Assembly (NCBI RefSeq): GCF_001194135.2
Contig: NC_068990.1
Location: 39,162,132-39,194,165, forward strand
Origin: Octopus bimaculoides
Lineage: Eukaryota
Direction of reading: 5' to 3'
DNA length: 32,034 bases
Shown here: positions 11,498 to 23,864 of the stretch, piece after piece
Layout: the number at the start of each line of letters is the position of its first letter
Numbering within the stretch: position 1 is the stretch's first letter
Notes under the pieces: generated by a model
Told to the model about the DNA's origin: nothing
The model's database searches: none
Seen by the model: the letters and a program-made list of their open reading frames with translations, nothing else
Translations under genes and position numbers: made by a program

Positions 11498-13344
11498 ATT
11501 CTTATGATGCTGGTGATGATAACGATGTGGCTCATTGTAATTGTAATCAACAACCTTTTGCAGATATAGTTGCAACTTGGTGAATCTGATTCAAGTTCTT
11601 CTTACCTAAAATGACAAGCATATAAAACATGCAACACTCCCTCAAATCGCACCAAATCTCAGTCCAACCTACAGGATGGAGTATTTCTGTGAATGACTTT
11701 AGGACAATAAATTCAGGTGGCAAAATCATATACCTAGTTGTGAGCCTTATTTTAGCCTTTTTGTTCATTATAAACCTTACATGAATCTTCAGTATCAATA
11801 ATTGTTAATAGCTAAATATCTTCCGCTTCTGAAGAGAAGGGCCAAATGTCAAGATGCCATTGTATGTGTGTTAAGGAATTACGATTGCCAGAAGATATCC
11901 TCGGTGGGAGTGAGATTCAACAATTTTTATTATGATCTTTTTAAATTAGAAAAAAAAACTTAAAAACGTCAATTTGAGAAAGTAGAAACGATTGAGAAGC
12001 ATACTCGAAGAAACTTGATCGCTACTGTTAAAACATTCAAAAAGGACTCAAAAACTAGTGTGAATCAAACCAGCGTGTATTTTTGCTCGCTGAGAGGAAA
12101 CTGTAACGTGAGTATATGCCTTGCCAAAAATATGAGACAAATCGCATTGCAGTCTTTCAAGCACGCTAAATATTCCATATTTTAAAAAAGAAACAAGGAT
12201 ATTTCTTTTGTACCTTATTTGTGAGGAAGTATAATCTGATCTGACATCATTTAAACTCCTTTGCTGATTGAGTCATCCGATCCACTGTGTCAGCACATAA
12301 TTTAAACAGCAGTTGCTCAGCAGAGACAGTCAACCGTTCAAATGTATGCTACATAAATTATATTAAACAAGATCTATTAGTTTACAGGGTTCTTTATGTG
12401 TTGCAAAATTTTTATGTAAAGCCCTATACTGAAACCGATATTTTTGTAATGAGATAGTTTCAGTTTACTAATAAACTCTTTGTAGTTCACTTCAGTTTTT
12501 ATTGTTAACTAATCAATTAATTAATTACTGATTATTTAGTCATAATTATTTTTCTACGAGCTATTGTGGCCTTGTTCTTTCTAGTGTCGTTGATGTCTCA
12601 GATCAACTCAAATTTACTATATCTGTGATTAAAGGAATTCAAGTTGTGATCATTTTACAGTATTTCGCAGATACGGTATAACTGCGTGAGGGTATCGTGA
12701 TATTTCTAACGTGCTGAACAATCACACTGATGTTCTCCTTATCATCGTCTACATCTTCGATGAGCCGTGCTCGTTAGATATGGGGCTGCGATTTTTCCTT
12801 CTCAGATAGGTATCGTTACCACAGTACCATTGACAAAACAAGGACTAGAAGGAAAAAGGTTAAATTCATGACTACTCAAAGCATTTGCGTGTGAGATATT
12901 TTGTAAATGTCTTGCTGCCATAGTGTATCATAGAGTACAACATCCAATGTGGAATCCACATTAGAAAAAATACTATTTCATATATATTCCGCCGCTGTCA
13001 TTAATAGTCTCCTTCTTTGAATTATTATATCTTAAGAACATATAACATTTTGCTGTTGTAGAATGATACCACAAATTGTGATTGTGGGTCATGACGTCAG
13101 TGATACATATCATTCACTGGGTAGAAGAACGCGTATGTATTATTTTTATTTTCATACTTGGTATATCATACTATGGTATATCATCAATGTCGTATCTTTT
13201 ATTCAACCAAAAAGTTCCATCCATTCACACGAAAGTCGCACAACGGTACAGATCAGATATCTATCCCAAAACATGTTTACATAATGAAAGAAACGTGTGT
13301 ACAAACACACACATGTACATGCACTCACACACAGAGGCAAACAA

Positions 13345-13376
<32 letters not shown>

Positions 13377-13390
13377 AAACACGTATACAT

Positions 13391-13427
<37 letters not shown>

Positions 13428-15239
13428 NNNNNNNNNNNNNNNNNNNNNNNNNNNNNNNNNNNNNNNNNNNNNNNNNNNNNNNNNNNNNNNNNNNNNNNNN
13501 NNNNNNNNNNNNNNNNNNNNNNNNNNNNNNNNNNNNNNNNNNNNNNNNNNNNNNNNNNNNNNNNNNNNNNNNNNNNNNNNNNNNNNNNNNNNNNNNNNNN
13601 NNNNNNNNNNNNNNNNNNNNNNNNNNNNNNNNNNNNNNNNNNNNNNNNNNNNNNNNNNNNNNNNNNNNNNNNNNNNNNNNNNNNNNNNNNNNNNNNNNNN
13701 NNNNNNNNNNNNNNNNNNNNNNNNNNNNNNNNNNNNNNNNNNNNNNNNNNNNNNNNNNNNNNNNNNNNNNNNNNNNNNNNNNNNNNNNNNNNNNNNNNNN
13801 NNNNNNNNNNNNNNNNNNNNNNNNNNNNNNNNNNNNNNNNNNNNNNNNNNNNNNNNNNNNNNNNNNNNNNNNNNNNNNNNNNNNNNNNNNNNNNNNNNNN
13901 NNNNNNNNNNNNNNNNNNNNNNNNNNNNNNNNNNNNNNNNNNNNNNNNNNNNNNNNNNNNNNNNNNNNNNNNNNNNNNNNNNNNNNNNNNNNNNNNNNNN
14001 NNNNNNNNNNNNNNNNNNNNNNNNNNNNNNNNNNNNNNNNNNNNNNNNNNNNNNNNNNNNNNNNNNNNNNNNNNNNNNNNNNNNNNNNNNNNNNNNNNNN
14101 NNNNNNNNNNNNNNNNNNNNNNNNNNNNNNNNNNNNNNNNNNNNNNNNNNNNNNNNNNNNNNNNNNNNNNNNNNNNNNNNNNNNNNNNNNNNNNNNNNNN
14201 NNNNNNNNNNNNNNNNNNNNNNNNNNNNNNNNNNNNNNNNNNNNNNNNNNNNNNNNNNNNNNNNNNNNNNNNNNNNNNNNNNNNNNNNNNNNNNNNNNNN
14301 NNNNNNNNNNNNNNNNNNNNNNTATATATATATATACATATATGTATATGTATATGTGTGTGTATGTGTATATATATGTATTTATATATGTATATACATA
14401 TATATACGATATATATATATGTATATATATATATGCATATATATGTATGTATGTTTATATGTATATATATATATTTATAGATAGAGAGAGGGGTATATGT
14501 ATGTGTGTGTGTGTTTGTGTATACTCCCACTGAGGAAAGAGGGATGAGACATCCATATAAATACTTTAGATGTACTCTGTATGGTTCAAACTTGGTTAAC
14601 TTAATTGCTCAAGCCAATGTAATCCATTTAGTACCTAAATTTGATTTTTGCTGCCTGTCCAATTTCTCAACCCCAACTTCAAACACCTATTAAATTCAGT
14701 ATAGGGTCAGAGATTATGTTGGAATGACAGAAAATAATGGAGAATTATGCATTATTTAAACAGCTTGCATACGTTTTGGATAGGTTGGCATTTCTCAAAA
14801 TAATCTGCTATGCTGTATTCATGTATCCAATGATTTTACAGAGATAGGGAAAAGTAACTCAATCCTGTACTTATCAAAGCTATACTAAACTGTTTACATT
14901 AGAGAACATATTAAGGGAGATAGACTGTAGTAAAACTGACAACATTTGACCAGTATGAGGGTTGGAGAGGCATTGCAGTAGACATAAACGGGAATTGTAT
15001 TAATCAGATCATGCTAGGAGTGAAATAAAGATACTTTATTTCTACATTTCCACCCGCAGCTTTAAGAATATTTATGTCAAAATTCATACCACTTTTAAAC
15101 TACTAATGTGCAAATACAGAGACGAGGTATGTAGAACCAAGCTATTCAGTAGATATATTATTTAGGTTACGATGGAAATGCCTTTTGATTAGTATTAATT
15201 CTAAATATAAACTATGAGTAAAAGAAGACGGTTTACGCC

Positions 15240-15304
<65 letters not shown>

Positions 15305-15323
15305 TAATAATAATAATAATAAT
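15240..15323. repeat. (TAA)n microsatellite
   Basis: About 28 units with one TGA interruption, read directly. Confidence 0.98.
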
Positions 15324-17237
15324 ATCTGATTCATGAAGGAAGATATTCTATTTCAAAACGCTATTTTTATTAAAAAAGTAAATTTTGAAAACCAGGATAA
15401 TTGTAAAATGACTAATATAAGTTATGATAGAAAAAATAAAGTTATCAAGTAAATGAAGATAAAATTTAAATAAATTTAAATTGATTTTAAAATATAAATA
15501 AACAAACTAGTTTCAGAATTTAAAAAATAAATAGTAGTAATCGTTTCTACCTTAAATAATGAAAATAAAAGATACAAAATAACAACACAATAATAACAAT
15601 AATAATTAGAAGATTAAGCTAAAATAAAATAAGTATTTAGTGCATTTAATAAATAATACTAGGTATGTTAAAAATGCTAAATATAATGGTGTCGAAGGGC
15701 AAACCCAATCTATTGTAGTAGGGTACACTAATCAGCACACCTTTTATTTTGGGAGGTTTTAAACATATTATTTTTTTAAAATGCGTATATTTAAGAGTAA
15801 TTAATTTCTTTAGTTTAAAAAGTTAGTTTGGGATGTAAGGATATGCAGTGTATGTATCCTTGAGTTATATGTTGTATTTTATTTTCCCTCCATTATACAG
15901 TAGTGCATTACCTTATTATAGACCACTGAATATCGTATCTAACATCCCTATCCTTGGGGTTCCAAATTTGTTCAAAAGAAGTGAAAGTTTCTCCCTCACC
16001 ACCACCACCACCACCACCACCACCACCATATTTAAATGAAAAATGAGCATAGCATTTTCTCTAAAAATCCGTTGCACAAGTTTCTTTGTAATAGTGAGTA
16101 CATTCTCCTGTTGTTACTGAACATTTAAGATCAAGTTTTTCCTCAAACATTGGTTATCTAATGAACCTGTTGGATGATATTAAAAATACATATTGAAAGA
16201 TTTCTTTGTCCGGAAAGCTTACGTGCCATTTATGGTCAATATTAGTTATAGGGATAATAATCTCTTCTCTATTTATATATGAAACATTTTCTTTGTCCAA
16301 ACTCTCTTTTCTTCGGAAATTTTGAAAATATTTTTGCCGCGGTAAATTTTCTATATCTATATCAATAACATCTCAAAACCTTCAGAGTCTCAACTTTACA
16401 GTCATAAGGAGATGAAAAATAATAGCAAAGTCAGCATTCTTGGCACAAGCGCAAATTTAGAACTGACATGCTTACATTTGTCACAACAAAAATAATCACA
16501 CTAGTCCTGAGGTATAAATTTAACGGTTGAATGAAACTGTGGGCAGTAATATCAGCACAAATCACAATGAAACAGTATATTGTAGAATCGTAACATTATA
16601 TGTCAACATTATTTCTTCAAGATTACGATGGCATGAAGTTCTAGAAACGTTATATTTTCTGTTCCAAACTTGCTGCAGTGAACTCGTGAAGACATTTAAA
16701 AAGAAACTCTAATTAAAAAAATTTACTACTAGACGGTAGTTGTATTTTTAATACGTGTAAAACGCAAAAGCTGTAACCCATGTGTGTGTGTTTATGCGCG
16801 AGTGCCTTATGGGTATGAACCTACATAGGTATATAGGTACATATGCATATATATACATACTCTCGAGTATTCAAATAAAGTAACTGCATGTTTGAAACCT
16901 GTATTTCTCATCTACCTAAGGATTATGGATTTTGCACTTATGAAATACATCTATGAGTTTAATTTGTTGTGCAATATCATTTATTACCGAAAACTGAAAC
17001 ATATGTAACATATGTGGTAAAGGAGTACAAATGTGAAGTCCATTTTATTGGAATACGAATTTGAAACTGTTATTATTGGTGTGCTTTGTATATTATATTA
17101 TAGGCCTCTTCAGATCGCGAAGAACCCAATGAGATCACGCAACGGTTGAACTTTAATGTGGTTACCAATTAGAGCTGAAAACGGAACAGTAAAAATTTCT
17201 CGCACATGCGCATCCATATATATATATATATACATAC

Positions 17238-17293
<56 letters not shown>

Positions 17294-18044
17294 ATACATA
17301 CACACATATTTATATATATACATATATTTATATATATGTGCGTGTGTGTATATGTAATGTATGTATGTACGTACGTATGTGTACGTATGCATGTATAACA
17401 TAAATTTGACCGTAAATTTTATATATGAGTGCGCACTCGCGGTCACATGGATGTCTGTATCATACATTAAATTCAGAGATTCGTTACAAATGGGCAAATG
17501 TTTCGCTCAGTATTACCTTCTGGAAGCATTGTTAAATCTTGGAGTGAGCGGACCTTTGACCATCTGTAACTAATCATTTCCTTTTAATCTAATATTTTAT
17601 ATTATTGCCGACGTCTAACCTCGTCTCGATTCATTTAATGAAACGTTGTTTTTCGTTCGACATATCTGTTTAACTGTTGAAGTATATTCAATCTTCATTC
17701 TTCTCAACACTTTCAACTCTTTCAACATTACCACCGTAGTTAGTGTTGTTATTTATAAATGCTGTTCTCATTATAACTACTTATATTCCCTCTCATTCCT
17801 TCTTTATTTTTCTACTCCATTCCTTCTTTTCTTTTTTCCTCTTCCTTCTTCTACGGTCCAGATATGTTATTGTTTTTGTTTTATTTACGTTTCCCCCAGT
17901 AACATTTTCATTCAAATTAGTTTTTCTTTTGTATTTTTCGTGTTTTTGTTTTTGCTTTGTATGTTTTTTTTCTTTGTCAGATTATTTTTGCACTTTGTGT
18001 TATTACTATTGCTGACGACGTTTGTGTTTTTGTGAAGTAGTAGC

Positions 18045-18059
18045 AGTAGTAATAGTTGT

Positions 18060-18139
<80 letters not shown>

Positions 18140-18180
18140 CAGCAGTAGCAGCAGCAGTAGCAACAACAACAGCATCAGCA
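18045..18180. repeat. Compound (AGT)n/(AGC)n/(AAC) triplet array inside a roughly 1 kb low-complexity T-rich tract (17640-18640)
   Basis: Direct reading. It produces the poly-Leu ORF 17912-18181. Confidence 0.95.
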
Positions 18181-18928
18181 TTGTATTCTTGAAAACATTT
18201 TTGCCATTTTATTTCCGTTTTGTTTTATATTTCTATTTCTACTTTTTTTGCGAAATCATGTTTTAACGTTACTATTTCTAATTCTGTTGAGGCGTTTAAT
18301 ATAATTATTATTATCACGAATTTTATTATCATTATCATGATTGTTTTTATTGCTGTTGTTCTTGCTGTTGATTTTTTTTTCTTCTATTGCTAATGTTATT
18401 GTTACCATATCGTCTTGTTATCATTGGCCATCGTAATAGTTGTCAAAGATTCCATCACCTACTGTTGTTGTTCTTGCTGTTATTTTCCCCTTGTTTCTTT
18501 TAATGTTGTTCTTGTCGGTGGTGTTGCTGCTTTTTGAAGCTCTTGCTGTTGATGCTGTCGTATTTGTTTTACTTCGTTTGTTTATTTTTCTTCATCGCAT
18601 TGTTCTTGTTGCTGCTAGTTCCGGTAGTGGAACTTGTCTTTAAAAAGTAAAATACAGATTAAAATAAATAAACATTAACATATTTAACTGGGTGTTACCA
18701 GAATAAATGGCCAAGCTGGGAACCGGTCGAAGATGGAGGGAAGTGTGGGGCGGGGAAATTTAAACGTATCTATTACAGTATTCTTAAACAATATGCGGAT
18801 CTCAGAGTTATGCCAGAGGCGAAGTCACAGATTTCTTAAAGAAACAGAAAGATATATTTGTAGCGTAATGCATCATACATGAGCGTTTAAATAAATGTTA
18901 TATATACATGCACATATATATGTATACA

Positions 18929-18995
<67 letters not shown>

Positions 18996-19090
18996 AATCC
19001 CAAATAGAAAAACAAACACAAAAAAAGAACAACGTGAGGACGTGGTACATGTAAAGTATTAGCAGACGCTCAGGAAAAAAATGAAACATA

Positions 19091-19126
19091 GTTTAACGTT
19101 TCGAGCAAATGCTCTTCTTTGGAAAC
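19091..19126 (-). ncRNA. Degenerate minimal type I hammerhead-ribozyme-like motif (Penelope-associated type), probably inactive
   Basis: The minus strand reads GTTT CCAAAGA A GAGC ATTT GCTC GAAA CG TT AAAC. This gives stem I (GTTT/AAAC), a core CCAAAGA (vs CUGANGA, 2 mismatches), stem II (GAGC/GCTC with a 4-nt loop), GAAA, and a palindromic ACGT stem III. Confidence 0.55.
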
Positions 19127-19172
19127 AGAGGAAAGTCCAGTAGAAAGAAACACGGAGGAACACATGTGGTTA

Positions 19173-19174
<2 letters not shown>

Positions 19175-19228
<54 letters not shown>

Positions 19229-19262
19229 GCGTGTGTGCTTGTGTGTGTGGGTGTGTGTGTGT
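19175..19262. repeat. (TG)n microsatellite followed by degenerate (GA)/(GATA) repeats
   Basis: Direct reading. Other (CA/TG)n runs lie at 3438-3475, 28760-28866 and 30139-30188. (GA/TC)n runs lie at about 18932-18959, 20680-20715 and 31036-31080. Confidence 0.95.
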
Positions 19263-20677
19263 ATACATATACAGAAAGAGAGAGAGAGACGGAGAGAGAG
19301 AGACGGACAGAGAATCAAACAGAGAGAAAGAGATAGAGATAGATAGATGAATAGATAAATAGATAGATACATAAATAGAGAGATGTACATACTCATAGAT
19401 ATCTATATATGTATATTTATACGTACATATATGCATACATATACGTGTGTGAGTGTGTGTCTGTGGGGGGTGTTTATATATATGCGCTAACCCTCAACCT
19501 ATGTATCTGTGCATATGTGCGATACAACATTTAACCTGAAAACATTGACCGATTTCCATTCTCTGTGGTGTAATACAGTATGTTGCTAATGCTTCTTTTT
19601 GCAGGCGTATGTTCCACTAACGAGGATTTATTTGTTTTGCCAGTGTAAAATCGAAGCAATTATGTGTATAACTTTAATGATCTCAGCTGAATTATTCGGG
19701 GCTTCTATTTACATTAATCATCTTGAGTTTATTAGTACCGAAGAGGTTATGTTTAAATAATCGTAGCGAATATAAAGTCTCCGTTTAGAAAAGAACGTCA
19801 AAATATTCTTATTATTGTTCTGAACAGTTAACACAATCATCTCTAAATACCAATAATCTCTAAGTACAGGGAGAAGTCAAAACTTGTCCAGACTTTCGTC
19901 AGCATTTAGCTTACATCGGCTCTCGTTTCGGGTGCACAGTATTGACAAGTCACAAAAATAACGAAATATTGATGTTTATCGCTCCTGGTCGGGACCAGAT
20001 CAGGGTTATCTCGCTATTCTATGACTTACAGATGTTTAAACACGAGGCGATTTGTTACACCTGTGACCACAGCCTGTCCATTCTTCCAACACCGGCAATC
20101 GACTGGTGAATCAAGGTGATATCAGTGCTTGGTCAAGAGGATTGTTCACTTCAAATGTACCAGTAGCTCTACTGCAAATGGTACCAATAAGTGCTGTCGT
20201 GAGCACAGAAGGTTACCAGAGAATGATACAACGAAATATAACAACAGTTATACGAAATTGTACAAATGTTGATACAACAAATATGAAAATCCACGGACCT
20301 AAGTTAGTAAAATTGATTAAGGCCAAGAAAACTTTGGACGAAATGACAAGGAATATGAAATAGCAGAAGTTTCTCGAATGAAATAAAAACCTAACAATCA
20401 AGAATTATTGATATAATATAAAGCTGTATGATTAGAAAGGAGGTGAGTTGTTCGTTGTTTAGTATTCAGATTACACTATCAAATGTAATGTTTATTTTAC
20501 AAATTTTTTCGAATTAACCGTGCGTTATCTTATAGCTTCAAGATCTTGATGATGTGGTCGTTTATTTTTAGATTGACATTGTAGGGTACGTGTGATGGGC
20601 CGAATTTGGCCATTTAAACCTACAACAGGTATAATATTTGGGCTAGAGGTGACCAATTTAAATGCTAAAGATATAAA

Positions 20678-20719
<42 letters not shown>

Positions 20720-20977
20720 AAAGGGCGCATGGAAGGGAGAGGCAGCAGCATATCGAAGTCTGAAAAGAAGTAAACATGTGTAGATAATAGAATGAAAATC
20801 ATAGGAGTTCAAGAGGCGGGAGAGAGAGAGAGCAAAGAAATTAAAGAGTGGTGAATGGTGCGGTACAGAGAAGAACAAGAGGGAGTGACGATAAAAGGGA
20901 AGAGAGAGAGAAAAAACAGAAAGAGTGGGAGCGGTTGCTAAGGAATACATAAATGTTCGTGTTAGTCTGGATATACA

Positions 20978-21012
<35 letters not shown>

Positions 21013-21013
21013 G

Positions 21014-21108
<95 letters not shown>

Positions 21109-22343
21109 ATATACATATATATATGTTTACATATATACATATATATATGTATATATATATATACATATATATGTATATATATGTATATATATACATACAT
21201 ATATGCGTAAATATATGTATACTTATGTATACATATATATATCCATATATATGTATGTATATATATATATACATACATAGGTGTGTGTGTGTATGTGTGC
21301 GTGTATTTATGTACACATATACATATGTACATATAAATAACAATAATAACAATAATTAAAATGTCATTAAATGAAAGCAATGCTGAAACATCCAGCAAGG
21401 GCGTGAGAAAATATTTGCCAGATTCTTTAACCACCTTCAAAACTGTGACATATTGTTAGTTTTCCTAACCTTTATTTCACTAATTATTGTTAAAATATCT
21501 AAATCAGAGACGGTACATCCAACACACCCATATACATCACTGCCACTATCATCACCATCACCATCAGCATCATAGATGTGTCTGCAGTATGCTATTGCTG
21601 AAATTACAACAATAACCAATGTACATCATTATCAACATCATTACCATTATAATCAGCTCTAAATGTAGTTAGGTAGGGCTAAATTTCAAGAACTCATTCT
21701 CACACCATTTCCTATAATCATGAAACTTACATCGCCTACCACTAACCTAATAAACACCGCTGCTGCTATGGTTTTAACTTTCGAATATAAAGAGCTATTT
21801 CCTCTCCTACCTGTTTCCGTTACAATAATAAATGATTAATCTATTTTTATTCGATGATCTATCAAATAGATATATGCATCCCAGTCGTAAATACTTCATC
21901 AGTTCAACGTTGTTTTGAATTAAAATTTTTGAAGCATTCGTATCAATTAGAAATAATAATGCTACTTACACTTAAGTATAATTATAGAGATCAATACATC
22001 TGGCTCTTTTTAACTGCTAAATGTAGCATTATTCTGGAAAAAGTGAAGATATTACCGAAGTATGTTCCCGATTACCAAGTTTTTTAGTTTGTGAATCTCC
22101 GTTCTTCGCCTTATTTCTATGACTACGCAGGACTGCGATTGTAATTCATTTTCAACTTGACAGAACAGATACAAATATATAATGATTTTACGTACAAGAT
22201 AACATTTCCACTCATGAAATCATGAATACCGAAATATGAATGCAAATTTAAAGAATCATTGAATAAGAAATGGATCAATTACATCATTACATTTTTGGTT
22301 TTCCAATTCCACAAAATATGTTATATAAAATTCTGCAAATTAC

Positions 22344-22517
22344 CAAATTTTCTCTACTGAAGAAGCAAATAAAACACCGGATTATGAGCAAAAGTGTTAA
22401 TGTTTGCATCAATTTCAGTGATACGTTTTGTGCTCGAATATTTTTCCTGTTCATTTTGATCATGACTGAGCTGATATTTAGCAACGATGGAAAGTATTTT
22501 ATCAGTAAAGCTGAAAC
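22344..22517 (-). CDS. Candidate 174-nt phase-0 internal exon of an unidentified gene (unverified)
   Basis: The acceptor ctctttttgtttgtttctag| ends at 22518 and the donor TTG|gtaatt starts at 22343. The open frame is VSALLIKYFPSLLNISSVMIKMNRKNIRAQNVSLKLMQTLTLLLIIRCFICFFSRENL. No recognisable homology and no partner exon were found. Confidence 0.15.
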
Positions 22518-22817
22518 CTAGAAACAAACAAAAAGAGTCGTCCCACCATGAAATGGGTGTCAAATATGACCTTGCATTACTTAATCGATGTAAACCAAAA
22601 CCCATTAATTTACATCGTAATGAGGTCTAAATGTTGCCTAAGTCTCTAATCAGTTAATTCATCTTAAAATTAGTTTAATGATAAACAGTATGAGGAAGAA
22701 TTTGCATCTTCTGCGGGGAACCGAAAACAATAAAGCAACATAGTAACTGACAAACCATCCTTCTACATAAGTTATACCATCAAAATTTATAACCTGAAAA
22801 CAGTGAGAGTTTTAATT

Positions 22818-23734
22818 TCAGCCCTCACTAAACTCCATACAGATACGGTTTTTGCAGCAACTAAATGAATTTGTCAAGTCATCTTTATTCCTTTCGCCTA
22901 TAACTTTCCCAACAGTAGACATCAACAAGTCCTTAGTATTGTGGGCATGTCTGTTGGTCTACCTCTCAACGATGTTTCAGGGATTTAAACTTAGAGAGCT
23001 AGGAGGCCAAATGTCAAGGGTAACATACATGATCAGTAAAAGTTTTGACTTCCGAGTCATGCAAGCTGTGTGAGATGGAGCAAAGTCTTACTGCAACACG
23101 TACAGCCTCCCCCAAACAAATCGGTCAGTCAAAAGCTTGATAGCCGTTTCTAGTGGGACGTCTCATTGCATCAAAGAAAGCTGCCGTATTGATCCTAAAA
23201 CCTTGAGGGAAAAAGTGAGGACATATGACCTCCAAGGCGTAGAGCCATGTCTTATTCCATATGTTTACGTTTGTACCTTAGACGACATTCTCCTCATCTC
23301 AGAAAGCTCAGAACATGTCGGATTCCTAGCGGTGCTTGAATTTCTTCAATTAGCACATCGCGCGAATCACAAAGTGCTTTCGGGTTTCATCGGACATGAA
23401 ATGCCCTCTTCTCATAGTATAAGATTCATACCTGTTGTCTTCGTGTATTACGCACCTAATCGCTGACATCGGCATTTGGAGATGAATGGCAATGTCCCTC
23501 GTTGACTTGTTGGTGTTCTCGTTGATGACGCACTGGACTTGCTAGACAAACTTGACTTTTCTGACGATGTCTGGGTGTCGAGAATGCTTTATCTCCTTAT
23601 TTTGGGGGACTATAAAAGACACATTTCGACAAGAGGTCAGCTTTTTTTCTGGTGTTAAGTTGGACAATTAAGGTTGCACTCTCAGAATCACTGTGATTGA
23701 CAGTTAAAGTAAGGTGAACGCCATACTTTTTCAT
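22818..23734 (-). pseudogene. Decayed Tc1/mariner-superfamily transposase of maT (DD37D-like) type; the element spans roughly 22686-23860
   Basis: Manual minus-strand translation: MKKYGV..NHSDSE..; KHSRHPDIVRKVKFV*QVQCVINENTNKSTRDIAIHLQMPMSAIRCVIHEDNRYESYTMRRGHFMSDETR..LKKFKH..F*DEENV (first Asp); CPHFFPQGFRINTAAF; GRLYVLQ*DFAPSHTA (second Asp); DIWPPSSLSLNP*; VER*TNRHAHNTKDLL..RICMEFSEG*. It has multiple stops, frameshifts and internal deletions. The second-to-third Asp spacing is about 36-37 codons. Confidence 0.88.
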
Positions 23735-23864
23735 CCGCCTTAGACTCGCAGCTTCCAACTAGGAGTTGAAAAAGAAGAGAAGATAGTTAGCTAAATTTAA
23801 GCAACTTATGTTCCTTAAAAGCCTTGTTCTCAAAACGCTGAAGTATCCGCTCTATAGATATTAT

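Noticed and set aside
11960-12185. Roughly 75-codon plus frame with VYFCSLRGNCNVSICLAKN, reminiscent of the piggyBac C-terminal Cys-rich domain
   Set aside because: The Cys/His spacing is incomplete, and there is no transposase core, TIR or TTAA-flanked end.
13092-13119. Perfect CRE palindrome TGACGTCA (also at 30668-30675) with an adjacent CAGTGA/TCACTG hairpin
   Set aside because: One or two 8-mers in about 27 kb is close to chance, and there is no gene or promoter context.
14590-14700. QANVIHLVPK..CLSNF, similar to LINE RT domain 0-1 motifs
   Set aside because: It is too short and degenerate, with no NYRPISL or downstream RT motifs.
18741-18760. GC-box GGGGCGGGG
   Set aside because: It is an isolated motif with no CpG island, TSS evidence or downstream gene.
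22354-22605. Minus frame ending ...INTFAHNPVFYLLLQ*RKF, resembling GPCR TM7 NPxxY
   Set aside because: It is a single short motif followed by a stop, with no other TM helices upstream. An overlapping frame looks equally GPCR-like, which indicates over-matching.
23137-23466. Plus-strand ORF with YVCTLDDILLISESSEH...FIGHEM, resembling the Ty3/gypsy RT YLDD and FLGH motifs
   Set aside because: It is the antisense of the maT transposase, which matches over about 900 bp with many ordered motifs. The RT likeness is coincidental.
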